A stretch of DNA of 64,000 nt from IMG/VR virus record IMGVR_UViG_3300033149_006574, positions 12,652 to 76,651 of that record. One strand, 5' to 3'. The position numbers were made by a program, and so were the translations under genes. Shown here piece after piece: positions 38,824 to 47,975 of this stretch (within the stretch, counting starts at the first letter, position 1; each line of letters starts with the position of its first letter). The stretch comes from a virus. Below the pieces are notes generated by a model. It was not told the DNA's origin. It ran no database searches and saw only the letters and a list, made by a program, of their open reading frames with translations.

Positions 38824-38829
38824 TAAAAA

Positions 38830-39579
38830 ATGATTAAACCATATTACGAAGACGGAAATTCAGGGATTACGATATATAATAATGATTGTTCTGATATATT
38901 ACCACAAATAGAAGAAAATAGTATTGATTTGGTTCTAACTGATCCGCCTTACGAGTTAGATTGGCGACAGAGTATAAATTTCAAAAATAGAAAATCAATG
39001 TTTCATCATAGAGAGGAAACACAAAAATGGGATAAGGACATAAGAACAATATATAAGATAATCTTTAAAGAATTTGATCGGATAGTAAAATATACAGGTT
39101 CAGTAATTATGTTTGTGCGTTCTGAATATATTTCTTGGGCAATAGAAGAAGCAAAGAAAAATAATTTTGATAATAAAGCAACAATTGTTTGGCATAAAAA
39201 AAATCCGGTAATACAAGTGAGAAAAAAGAACTATTTATCTTCTATCGAAACTATCTTATGGGTTGCCAGATGGGCAGAAAAATGCCCTTTTACTTTTAAT
39301 TTTAAAACTCAAAATGAAATGCATAATTTTATTGAAATACCATTATGTGGAGGTAACGAACGAACGTGCCATCCAACACAAAAACCCTTAAAATTGATTA
39401 AACATTTATTGGAAATACATAGTAATGAAAATGATTTAATTCTTGACCCCTTTCTCGGTTCTGGCACAACCGCTGTTGCTTGCAAGCAATTAGGACGTAG
39501 ATGTATCGGGATAGAGGTGTCAGGAAAGTATTGTGACATAGCAACTAAACGTCTTTCACAAGAGTATTTGAAATTATGA
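38830..39579 (+). CDS. N6-A/N4-C DNA methyltransferase (beta class)
   Basis: TDPPY, HPTQKP, DPFLGSGTT. Confidence 0.92.
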   Translation: MIKPYYEDGNSGITIYNNDCSDILPQIEENSIDLVLTDPPYELDWRQSINFKNRKSMFHHREETQKWDKDIRTIYKIIFKEFDRIVKYTGSVIMFVRSEYISWAIEEAKKNNFDNKATIVWHKKNPVIQVRKKNYLSSIETILWVARWAEKCPFTFNFKTQNEMHNFIEIPLCGGNERTCHPTQKPLKLIKHLLEIHSNENDLILDPFLGSGTTAVACKQLGRRCIGIEVSGKYCDIATKRLSQEYLKL

Positions 39580-40166
39580 AAAAATATCAAATAATTTATT
39601 GTGATCCTCCATGGGAATTCAAAGGAAACTATGGGAAAATAGGAAATAGCAAATTAAGCGGTTATGGGGCAGAATTAAGATATCCTTTAATGAAAGATAA
39701 AGATATTCTTGAATTACCAATTCAAAGAATTATTGATAATGATTGTGCTTTATTTTTATGGGTAGTTAATTCAAAACTTGATTTCGGAATTGAAGTATTA
39801 AAAAAATGGGGATTTCAATATAAACAAATTGCATTTTGTTGGATAAAAACCTCGCAGAAAGGAATCCCAAATTGTAGATTAGGTTATTGGACATTAGGGG
39901 GAGCGGAATTATGTCTTTTGGGGATTAGAGGACATATGGGCAATAAAAGAAAAGTCAAAAACATTAGACAAGTTTTATTATATCCAAGGATTGGACATTC
40001 TAAAAAGCCACCTCAGATAAGAAAAAATATAGAATTATTATTTGGAGATTTGCCCCGTATAGAATTATTTGCCAATGAAAGGGTAGAAGGATGGGATACA
40101 ATAGGATATGGGATAGATGGGAAAGATATTAAACAAAGCCTTGAAGAGTTGGATGGTAAATCATGA
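39576..40166 (+). CDS. MT-A70 family adenine methyltransferase
   Basis: CDPPW, LFLWV, HSKKP, RIELFA. Confidence 0.9.
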   Translation: MKKYQIIYCDPPWEFKGNYGKIGNSKLSGYGAELRYPLMKDKDILELPIQRIIDNDCALFLWVVNSKLDFGIEVLKKWGFQYKQIAFCWIKTSQKGIPNCRLGYWTLGGAELCLLGIRGHMGNKRKVKNIRQVLLYPRIGHSKKPPQIRKNIELLFGDLPRIELFANERVEGWDTIGYGIDGKDIKQSLEELDGKS

Positions 40167-40489
40167 GCAAAGAAATTACAGATATTGATTTTAAAAAGGA
40201 AGTTATAGATTCCGATAAAATTATATTAATAGATTTCTGGGCTCCTTGGTGCGTTCCATGCTTGCAACAAAAATCAATTCTTGAGAAACTTGAAAAAGAA
40301 TATAAGGGAAAAATAAGATTTTTAAATATTAATATTGATAAGAATCAGGTATTTGCCAGTAGGTATTTAATAATGAACATCCCTAATTGCCTAATATTTA
40401 AGGACGGAAAACCAATTGAACAAATTGTAGGGCTTGTTTCTACGAATAAATTAAGAGAAGCCCTTGATAGGATATTAATGGAGGGATAA
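40163..40489 (+). CDS. trxA: Thioredoxin
   Basis: IDFWAPWCVPC, NIP, FKDGK. Confidence 0.9.
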   Translation: MSKEITDIDFKKEVIDSDKIILIDFWAPWCVPCLQQKSILEKLEKEYKGKIRFLNINIDKNQVFASRYLIMNIPNCLIFKDGKPIEQIVGLVSTNKLREALDRILMEG

Positions 40490-40490
40490 A

Positions 40491-41984
40491 ATGAAAAAGC
40501 TCTTTAATGCTGAACAGGAATCATGGGTCTTACAAGAAATAGAAAAACATTCATTTTTTGAGGATATTCTAAAGGGATTGGAAGATACTTGGAAATTAAA
40601 GGTAACTCCAACACAGTTCCGTAATTGGTGCGGGAACAAAAGAATAAATTATCCTCCACATAAGAATGCCCCTGGTTATTCACCAGAGGAAATAGCATGG
40701 TTAAGGAAAAAGGCAGAGGAATATCAACCATATCCTATAAAGATGTGGGAAGTATTACAAGAATTTAATAAGAAATTTAGTCAACGCTCAAGGGCAGGAT
40801 TACTTTCTAAATTAGAAGATTTGGGATATACTAATTTTGCATGGACTGAAAGCGGATATGAAAGAAAAGCAAAAAAAATGGGTTTGGTTGAAAAACAAGA
40901 GATGCCCCTCTCCTTTGAAATACTAGAGGCAAAATATCTAAGGGCATTAAATCTCCAAAAAAAGAAAAATAGGGAGCTTATAAGAAGAATAGCAGAACAA
41001 GAGACAATAAAAGAAGCAATAATTTCTCATATAGAGGCTTTACCACCAGCGCCGATTCCAACATTTCATCTTGAGGCAACAAAAAAATCTCATTTTCTAC
41101 CAGTTGCATTACTTGGAGATTTACATGCAGGACAGATTGTAGTAAAGGAAGAAGTTGCGGGATTTGGTGAATATAATTGGTCAGTATTTGTAGCAAGATT
41201 TGAACATTGGGTAAATATGTTAATTCGTTTATGTATGGGAGATTTAAAAGAAAATTATGAAATGAATGAACTAGGAATATTAATGCTCGGAGATTTCGTT
41301 AGCGGTGAAATTCATGATGAATTAAAAGCTTCACAAAATATGGGTATGATAGAGCAAGTAGTTATGACTGCTTTCGTATTAGCACAGGGACTAAGAGAAT
41401 TAGCTCATTGGTTTGAAAGAATTGATATTGGTTGTGTTGTTGGAAATCATGGAAGAATAACGCAAAAGCCAACATTCTCAAGAAATTGGCAAAGTTATGA
41501 CTGGCTTGTTTATTTTATCGCAATGATAATGCTTAAAGAGCAGAAAAATATAATATGGAAATTACCAATGTCTTTCTTTGATCTAAAGGAATTTAATGGG
41601 CAACATTTTTGTTACATGCACGGGGACAACATACGAATGTATCAACAGATCCCCCACTATTCGATAGAGCGAGCAATTGGTCGTATCACACAACTTTTAA
41701 ATTCCAGGCGCCAATTTGCTGACTATTTCATATTTGGACATTTTCATAATTCAGCTGATATTCAACAATGTACGGGCAGAAGGATAATAAATGGTGGCTT
41801 TGCAGGAGCAGATCCGTTCTCTTTAAAGGCAATGCTTGTTAGTGCGGATCCGGAGCAATTAGTTTTAGGGGTTCATAGAGAAAAGGGTATTCCCTGGGAA
41901 CGTAGAATAATGCTTAAATATGCTAAGCCTAAACCAGAAAAATATATCTATCAAGTTCCTGAAATGGAAAACGCAGTTCTGTAA
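40491..41984 (+). CDS. HTH plus calcineurin-like metallophosphoesterase
   Basis: GDLH, LGDFVSG, VGNHGR, HGD, GHFH. Confidence 0.85.
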   Translation: MKKLFNAEQESWVLQEIEKHSFFEDILKGLEDTWKLKVTPTQFRNWCGNKRINYPPHKNAPGYSPEEIAWLRKKAEEYQPYPIKMWEVLQEFNKKFSQRSRAGLLSKLEDLGYTNFAWTESGYERKAKKMGLVEKQEMPLSFEILEAKYLRALNLQKKKNRELIRRIAEQETIKEAIISHIEALPPAPIPTFHLEATKKSHFLPVALLGDLHAGQIVVKEEVAGFGEYNWSVFVARFEHWVNMLIRLCMGDLKENYEMNELGILMLGDFVSGEIHDELKASQNMGMIEQVVMTAFVLAQGLRELAHWFERIDIGCVVGNHGRITQKPTFSRNWQSYDWLVYFIAMIMLKEQKNIIWKLPMSFFDLKEFNGQHFCYMHGDNIRMYQQIPHYSIERAIGRITQLLNSRRQFADYFIFGHFHNSADIQQCTGRRIINGGFAGADPFSLKAMLVSADPEQLVLGVHREKGIPWERRIMLKYAKPKPEKYIYQVPEMENAVL

Positions 41985-42005
41985 AAAGGAAAAGGAGAGA
42001 GCAAA

Positions 42006-42359
42006 ATGGAGAAAATTAGATACGCTTCAGGAATTAGATTAAAATTAACTCACCCACGCTTGCCAGAAGAAGAGCCAAATCATAAAAAAAGAGTGGAAAT
42101 TCCATTAACTCAGAGGGATTGGTACGAAATATATTGTGGCAATTGTATGCATAATGGTGGACCAAAATTTATAGAGCAAAATCCAGATTGGTTTCTTTGT
42201 CCTGCAATATGGCGAGTATCCAGGCCACCCTGTCTTAAAAAAATAAGAGATATGATACCACCAGAATTAGAAGAAAGAGCTAAGGAATGGTTAAGAGAAG
42301 CAAAAAAAGAGATTACACGTAAAAAACCTCCAGATGGCGAAGAGAAGATATCCTCGTAA
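42006..42359 (+). CDS. Cys-containing hypothetical protein
   Basis: SD AGGAG; ORF track. Confidence 0.65.
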   Translation: MEKIRYASGIRLKLTHPRLPEEEPNHKKRVEIPLTQRDWYEIYCGNCMHNGGPKFIEQNPDWFLCPAIWRVSRPPCLKKIRDMIPPELEERAKEWLREAKKEITRKKPPDGEEKISS

Positions 42360-42633
42360 ATTAAAACTAATTTTTTTTGATCCCCAAATTCTTGATAAAT
42401 TTTGGGCGTATCAACCAAAAGAACCGTTAACCAAAGAACGATATCTTCTTTACAAAAAATTAAATAAAGGAATTAAAAAACTAACCCATAGGCAAAGGAG
42501 CTGTCTTAAATTAAGATTCTGGAAACAATATTCAACAACAAAAATAGCAAATAAATTAAAAATTAGTCGTAGAACCGTTAGAGTGCATATCGAAAGGGCA
42601 ATAAATAAATTAAGAAAATTTTTAGTCATTTAA
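42334..42633 (+). CDS. Sigma70 region-4-like HTH regulator
   Basis: LTHRQRSCLKLRF...STTKIANKLKISRRTV..HI.RAINKLR. Confidence 0.8.
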   Translation: MAKRRYPRKLKLIFFDPQILDKFWAYQPKEPLTKERYLLYKKLNKGIKKLTHRQRSCLKLRFWKQYSTTKIANKLKISRRTVRVHIERAINKLRKFLVI

Positions 42634-42634
42634 A

Positions 42635-43336
42635 ATGGAAAGAATTTGCATTGGCTCCATTATTAGGGATAGAGAATGGATTCTACCCGCCTTTTTCAAT
42701 CATATATTAAACATAGAATATCCAAAGGAAAAAATAGATTTAATATTTCTCTTTAATGATATATCTGATAATTCACTAGATTGCGTTCCATTGGCTTCTT
42801 TGAGAGATTATCATTCATTAAATTTGTTTAACCTATATTTTGGTGCTCAACCAGATCGAAGGGATGGAAAAAGAAGACAAAGATTCAAGCATTTCGCATT
42901 CTTGAGAAATACTTTAAAAGATTATTTCCTTTTACTTACTAAAGCTAAATATCTCCTCAGTATAGATAGCGATATATTAGTTTATCCCAAAGCGCTAGAA
43001 ATATTATTATCACAACAAAAAGATATTATCTCGGCATTAATCACTAATGATTATGGAAGGGGAAAATATACAAATGCATTAATGCAAATAGATATTGGAA
43101 AGTATAAACATTTAGATTTTGAACAACCTATTTTGCAATGCATCCCTTGCGATGTAACCGGTGCCTGTTGTCTTATAAAAAGAGAAGTATTTGAAAAAGG
43201 TGTTCATTGGGACTATGATTCCTGGGGAGAGGATATTTATTTTTCTAATCAAGCAAGGGAAATGGGATTTAATTTATTTACCATAAAAGGGATAGCAAGA
43301 CATATCATGGGACCAGAAATGCTAGCCCAGAAGTGA
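42635..43336 (+). CDS. GT-A fold glycosyltransferase (GT2-like)
   Basis: A.LRN, SIDSDI (DxD), DVTGACCLIKR, GEDIYF. Confidence 0.8.
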   Translation: MERICIGSIIRDREWILPAFFNHILNIEYPKEKIDLIFLFNDISDNSLDCVPLASLRDYHSLNLFNLYFGAQPDRRDGKRRQRFKHFAFLRNTLKDYFLLLTKAKYLLSIDSDILVYPKALEILLSQQKDIISALITNDYGRGKYTNALMQIDIGKYKHLDFEQPILQCIPCDVTGACCLIKREVFEKGVHWDYDSWGEDIYFSNQAREMGFNLFTIKGIARHIMGPEMLAQK

Positions 43337-43370
43337 ACACCCCTCTACCTAACGGAAAGAGAGTGTTCAC
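43333..43370. terminator. Hairpin at the convergence of the two genome arms
   Basis: GTGAACAC...GTGTTCAC inverted repeat spanning both stop codons. Confidence 0.6.
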
Positions 43371-43885
43371 GTAGGTTTCACTACTTGACGCCATCCCAAG
43401 TTATATCTGACATAATTTCTCAATGCGGCTGGGGTAGATTGGGCAGAAATCCCCAAAAGTAATCCCTGCATTTGTAGTCCTGAAATTACTGCCTCTGAAC
43501 AATAGTATGCCCAGGGCAATTGTTTGAAAAATTTACAGATTTTCGCAAAAACGCCAAGCCCATCATATATCGTTTTTCCATCCTGACCAACATACCACCA
43601 CCCAAGAGCAATTACTTTCTGCTTTGGCAATGGTATCTCGTAGAACTCGTAAGTATCGTTTTTCCATCTGTCAGGATTATCCTGATGTGGCAGAAATTGC
43701 TCACTTCTCATTCTTGGCCAGCCCATTTCATACAACCTGCCAGCGAAAGGATATTTACAGGTATCGTTTATATCCTCTTCCTGTTCACCGAATATATCAA
43801 ATGTATGAGACCAACCAGGAGAGAATAACCTTATCAGCCGAGATACCCAAGTATCAGATCGTGAGAAACCAATGTATGTTTTCAT
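43367..43885 (-). CDS. Permuted papain-like (YiiX/YebB, NlpC/P60) amidase-like protein
   Basis: SRLIR...WSH...YD..G...YYCSE...TP; likely start ATG 43885. Confidence 0.7.
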   Translation of the reverse strand: MKTYIGFSRSDTWVSRLIRLFSPGWSHTFDIFGEQEEDINDTCKYPFAGRLYEMGWPRMRSEQFLPHQDNPDRWKNDTYEFYEIPLPKQKVIALGWWYVGQDGKTIYDGLGVFAKICKFFKQLPWAYYCSEAVISGLQMQGLLLGISAQSTPAALRNYVRYNLGWRQVVKPT

Positions 43886-43988
43886 TTTTTTTGACTTCCT
43901 TTTTGTCACTATTTTTGTCAAGAATTTATCCTTATTTTTCAATCAGATTCAAAGATTATCCACAAATTTTTGTCAATTATTTTGTCAA

Positions 43989-44138
43989 TTACCCTAGTCG
44001 CCCTGCACCCTTACCTTTTCCAGCGCCTCTGCCATAGCCAGATCCTCCACTGCGACAGCCCCCTGTGTTCTGATTCCTATGTCCACCCCCACTTCTACCC
44101 CGGCCTTTTCCGCTTCCATTTTTTGCACCGTAAGCCAT
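43989..44138 (-). CDS. 49-aa Gly/Arg/Lys-rich peptide
   Basis: AAGGAGG then ATG 44138; MAYGAKNGSGKGRGRSGGGHRNQNTGGCRSGGSGYGRGAGKGKGAGRLG. Confidence 0.7.
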   Translation of the reverse strand: MAYGAKNGSGKGRGRSGGGHRNQNTGGCRSGGSGYGRGAGKGKGAGRLG

Positions 44139-44245
44139 TTTAACCTCCTTTTTTCAAAGAGCGGGGGGTCTTTTACCGTCAAAAATCTCTCAACAGCCCG
44201 TCCGTATCAGTTAGAGATTTTGAGAGCAAAAGGGATTAACTTTAA

Positions 44246-44437
44246 TTATTTCCCCGCTCCCTTATCTTCTTCAATCTTTTTCTTTGTTCTTAGCCCTGCG
44301 TAACCAAGAACAAGCCCAATAAGCTCTACGCATTCAACATTCGTAAGCCCAAGATTGAGCTTTTTGTTTAAGATGATTAACAGTAGTGCAAGCCCAACAA
44401 GCAAAAATTCCGATGTTTTAAAACCAGATTTTTTCAT
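44246..44437 (-). CDS. Holin
   Basis: KSGFKTSEF start, two TM helices, Y..LR plus basic C-terminus. Confidence 0.7.
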   Translation of the reverse strand: MKKSGFKTSEFLLVGLALLLIILNKKLNLGLTNVECVELIGLVLGYAGLRTKKKIEEDKGAGK

Positions 44438-44560
44438 TGAAAACCTCCCAGTTTTTTCAAATCATATTCAAAATCAGAAAATGCCCTTTGAATGGCTTTT
44501 CTGACCTTGCCAGACGCAAAATATTGCGATTCAAGCCCCCTAAAATTCTTTTTAGGTATA

Positions 44561-44779
44561 TTATCCTGTCTGGGAATTTTTATCCACATATAATAATCCA
44601 CAATAAGGGCAAAAAGCCTGTTCAAGGTCGCCATAAAAAACACAGCCACAGAAAGGACAGGTATATCTCACTAAATAATCCCTTCTATATTCTCCCGTCC
44701 TATCATCGTGATATGTTTCTCTTACAAATCCAATCATTTTTAATGTTGGGGCTGACGGATTTACGACCTGCCTAAACAT
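44561..44779 (-). CDS. Zn-ribbon protein
   Basis: CPFCG...CPYCG. Confidence 0.6.
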   Translation of the reverse strand: MFRQVVNPSAPTLKMIGFVRETYHDDRTGEYRRDYLVRYTCPFCGCVFYGDLEQAFCPYCGLLYVDKNSQTG

Positions 44780-44881
44780 AAATCCGCTACTTTATCATTG
44801 CTCTTGGTCACCAAAAGAGCAACCTCTCGGCAAGAAGTCCCCAGTTTCCTGCCGCACCCCGCTTACAGGCCAAACAGGGTG

Positions 44882-45412
44882 TTAGAACCTATATCCATAA
44901 TTCGTCTTGACTATCCAAGCGGGTCTTGAACCTGTTACCGCATTGACCCTTATTTCAGGTTCGGCAAAGAACTTATCCCCGAACTTCTTTGATATCCTTA
45001 CGCCGAATATATTTCTTTCAAGATTAGTTTTCAAGGATACATCAAAATACTTGTCTTTATAGCCAAGCGATATTAAGAACCTTGGGTTTTTCCATTCAAG
45101 CAACGAAAATGTTGTCCCGTAATACAGGCGCTCTCCTCTTGTTATGCTTGCTTCCTGTGAGTTTATCTTCCCTGCACCATCATATACCCACTTTGCATCT
45201 ACCTTGTAATCAGCCACAAAGTCAAATCTACCACAGGATAGGGTATGAAAGTAACAAGTGTTACCTTCGCTCCTCTGAACCCCGAATTCAGCCACTGCTT
45301 TTGGCTTCTCAAACTTTTGAGATATACCCCAGTTAAATGGTAGCCCCTCGCCCTGCGGACTTCCAAACATTATACTGCCTGAAATTATCAATCCTGTTAG
45401 GAATTCCCACAT
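44882..45412 (-). CDS. Putative small outer-membrane beta-barrel protein
   Basis: Hydrophobic N-terminus, amphipathic beta strands, C-terminal YGYRF beta-signal. Confidence 0.55.
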   Translation of the reverse strand: MWEFLTGLIISGSIMFGSPQGEGLPFNWGISQKFEKPKAVAEFGVQRSEGNTCYFHTLSCGRFDFVADYKVDAKWVYDGAGKINSQEASITRGERLYYGTTFSLLEWKNPRFLISLGYKDKYFDVSLKTNLERNIFGVRISKKFGDKFFAEPEIRVNAVTGSRPAWIVKTNYGYRF

Positions 45413-45413
45413 T

Positions 45414-45683
45414 TTATCCTCCGAATTTTATTATCGCTCCCATATATCCGATAATTGCAGAAAGCGTGCCGATGATTAAAGTAACTACCCAATGCGGTCT
45501 CTGATATGTCTGGACGATTAAATTGACCATCTGCTTCTGTAATCCTTCTATCTGACCACGCAAATGCTCAATATGATTATCTTTCAAATCCCGAATATCA
45601 TCACGAAGTTCGTAAACCTTCTGCTCTAATTTCGCTAATCTCTCTCCAGTAGAATATACTTTGCTATTATTATTTTCACCCAT
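45414..45683 (-). CDS. Coiled-coil plus C-terminal TM protein (XhlA/holin-like)
   Basis: ERLAKLEQ...NHIEH...RPHWVVTLIIG. Confidence 0.6.
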   Translation of the reverse strand: MGENNNSKVYSTGERLAKLEQKVYELRDDIRDLKDNHIEHLRGQIEGLQKQMVNLIVQTYQRPHWVVTLIIGTLSAIIGYMGAIIKFGG

Positions 45684-45846
45684 CAGAGTATCTCCTTATG
45701 TTTGTTATCTGGCATTTGCTTAATAAACTTCGGCAACTGCTTTGATATTTTCAACAACGACTCCTTATCCCACGCCGACTGAACTCCTATAATCTTGCCC
45801 GTCGGTGGGTCTACAATAAGTATCGTATATTTCTTTGACAATTCAC

Positions 45847-47688
45847 TCATAGTCCCTGCGGTATAATGATATAATTTGGTCTCCTTGTCGGTGCTGGCGG
45901 TGGTGCTTCCGATGTTTCCTCTGAACCAAAAGATACGAAGTTATCAAACAGAGATAAGTATGTTGCTTTTATCCAATCAGGACTTCTTGCTATATCTGAA
46001 ATCCTGATTTCATCAATTATTCCATCAAAACGATATGTCCCATTACTATCGTGAATAGAACCAATATAAACAGGGCAAGGAGTATCGGCTATATTAGTAT
46101 TCTCATTTCCAGTATTTGCAATGTCTGCTATCTCACCATTCAAATAAATATCAGTCCCAGAATGGGAATCTCCACTTCCGTCATAAGTCCCAACAGCATA
46201 AAACCAAGTATCAGTTGTAATTTCATCACCAGTGTTTCGTCCAGCATATCCTGTATGCATAATAAAATTGATATTGTTATTCGCACTCGCAATACCAAAC
46301 TGCCATTCCATCCATCCATCTGCAATACTTCTTTTTGAGATAATACTCTGAAAAGTTGTTATGCTGTTTATCTTGAATATTACCTCAAGAGTAAATGGGT
46401 CATCATCATAAGTATTTCCGAAAGCAAATCCATCTGAATAAGTATCATCCCCACAATCTATTTCATCATCAGTTGCGTCAAAATCCAATGCACCATCTAC
46501 TTTTCCTATAACTTGGTCACTTGATGTCATTGAGCCAGCGGATGTTCCATCGTGGTCAAAAGAAGTTGAGTCAATCATCTGCGGTGCAGAACCAGATGGG
46601 TCTTCCTGCAGGTGCTGAACCATAACAAAATTGCTATCCCACACCGCTTCTGGATTAGAGGCATTATCAACATCTGAAGCACCGTAATACATATAAAAAT
46701 AATCTGTGCTTGCCTGCGATTGAATTGCTGGTATCTCCACGTGAATATCAGCAGTTCCAGTTGTAGTTGACAGCGACCAATATTCTATCTCAAAATCGCA
46801 AGCGGTGCTATCATCAGCATCTATGAATCTGACGGTATTTGAGTCGGTAGAAAAGTCAAAATGTGTTCCACAGTTTGCGGTTGAAATATGAACTAAAACT
46901 GGAAAGTTATTTAATGTTTCATTGGAGGCAGAATTGTCTATAGTAATTTTTTGTCTGTAAGGCCAAGAATCGTCAAACCACGACGAATGTTTGGTATCCT
47001 TAAACTCATCATTATCAACTTTCAGGGTCAATAATCCTTTGCCACCCCAACCGTCCTTATACTTCTGCACAGGATAACGGATTATCACCTCATAATATCT
47101 TACCTCATTTGCTGGTATCCTGTGATTTCCGATATACTGATATTTCTTTTGCTTGTAAATTGCCTCGTCAATTTTGTTTGCCTTAATCCATCTTGCAGGC
47201 GCAAGAGTATGTGTCCAGCGCTTGATTTCAATTTCGGCGTCCTTGAGGTCAAAATTAGTATCAGAGAGAATTGCTCGTATGTCAGCGTATTTCGTAGAGT
47301 ATCCAGTATTCTTGATTGTAATGCCAAAGCGTTGCTCACAGGGACTTGAAAAGATATGTTTGATTTCCACTCTTGCGTTATTCTTTTCAATCGGAGTTGC
47401 AGGGATAGATTTTGACACCCAGCGAGGCGGTTTCCATACTGGCGGTGCAGGTTCAGGGGGAACATAAGGAGTAGTATCTACTATAACCACATAGGTATCG
47501 TTTGAAACGGTATAAGTAGATGCTTCAACGACCCAATGATTACAAGTAGTATGAGTTACAATGCGAGTAATCCAATTGTCAAAAGAGTTTCCTATTTTTC
47601 TCCAAATGTATTGACCACCCGAGACAAAAGCAGAAGCAATAATTAGAGTAACAATAAAAAATTTAACGCATTTTAAGAAATCATTCAT
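45847..47688 (-). CDS. DUF2341 plus LamG (concanavalin A-like) domain protein with N-terminal signal/TM
   Basis: WFDDSWPYRQKITI, NFPVLV, RFIDAD, EIEYW, YMYYG; GALDFD, W.YAVGTYDG, FDGIIDEIRIS. Confidence 0.85.
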   Translation of the reverse strand: MNDFLKCVKFFIVTLIIASAFVSGGQYIWRKIGNSFDNWITRIVTHTTCNHWVVEASTYTVSNDTYVVIVDTTPYVPPEPAPPVWKPPRWVSKSIPATPIEKNNARVEIKHIFSSPCEQRFGITIKNTGYSTKYADIRAILSDTNFDLKDAEIEIKRWTHTLAPARWIKANKIDEAIYKQKKYQYIGNHRIPANEVRYYEVIIRYPVQKYKDGWGGKGLLTLKVDNDEFKDTKHSSWFDDSWPYRQKITIDNSASNETLNNFPVLVHISTANCGTHFDFSTDSNTVRFIDADDSTACDFEIEYWSLSTTTGTADIHVEIPAIQSQASTDYFYMYYGASDVDNASNPEAVWDSNFVMVQHLQEDPSGSAPQMIDSTSFDHDGTSAGSMTSSDQVIGKVDGALDFDATDDEIDCGDDTYSDGFAFGNTYDDDPFTLEVIFKINSITTFQSIISKRSIADGWMEWQFGIASANNNINFIMHTGYAGRNTGDEITTDTWFYAVGTYDGSGDSHSGTDIYLNGEIADIANTGNENTNIADTPCPVYIGSIHDSNGTYRFDGIIDEIRISDIARSPDWIKATYLSLFDNFVSFGSEETSEAPPPAPTRRPNYIIIPQGL

Positions 47689-47975
47689 TATGGTATCTCA
47701 TACTCTACGTGAAATTGTGCTGGCTTTGAACCTACTGCCGAAACATAGATATACAAACTTTTATACGCTGGAATATCGGTTACAATAAACGATGACGCAC
47801 CTGCACGTGTAGTTCCTGCTGTTATCGTTCCAGTCAAAACATCGGTTGAAGTGCTTGCACCCCAAGGGTCGCCATAATCAGCGTAATAAAAATCAAGTGT
47901 CCAGTTAGAACCGCCCGATTGCGTAATTCCATTTCTTGGTGCGTAGAGGTTCAAAATAATCGGAAGTATGTCCAC
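47688..47975 (-). CDS. Probable detached C-terminal domain of the upstream fibre-like protein
   Basis: Overlaps upstream ORF by 70 nt in another frame; no SD; same S/T-rich composition. Confidence 0.45.
   Translation of the reverse strand: MDILPIILNLYAPRNGITQSGGSNWTLDFYYADYGDPWGASTSTDVLTGTITAGTTRAGASSFIVTDIPAYKSLYIYVSAVGSKPAQFHVEYEIP

Noticed and set aside
43994-44182. ORF-track 62-aa minus ORF
   Set aside because: The SD fits ATG 44138 in another frame (the Gly-rich peptide).
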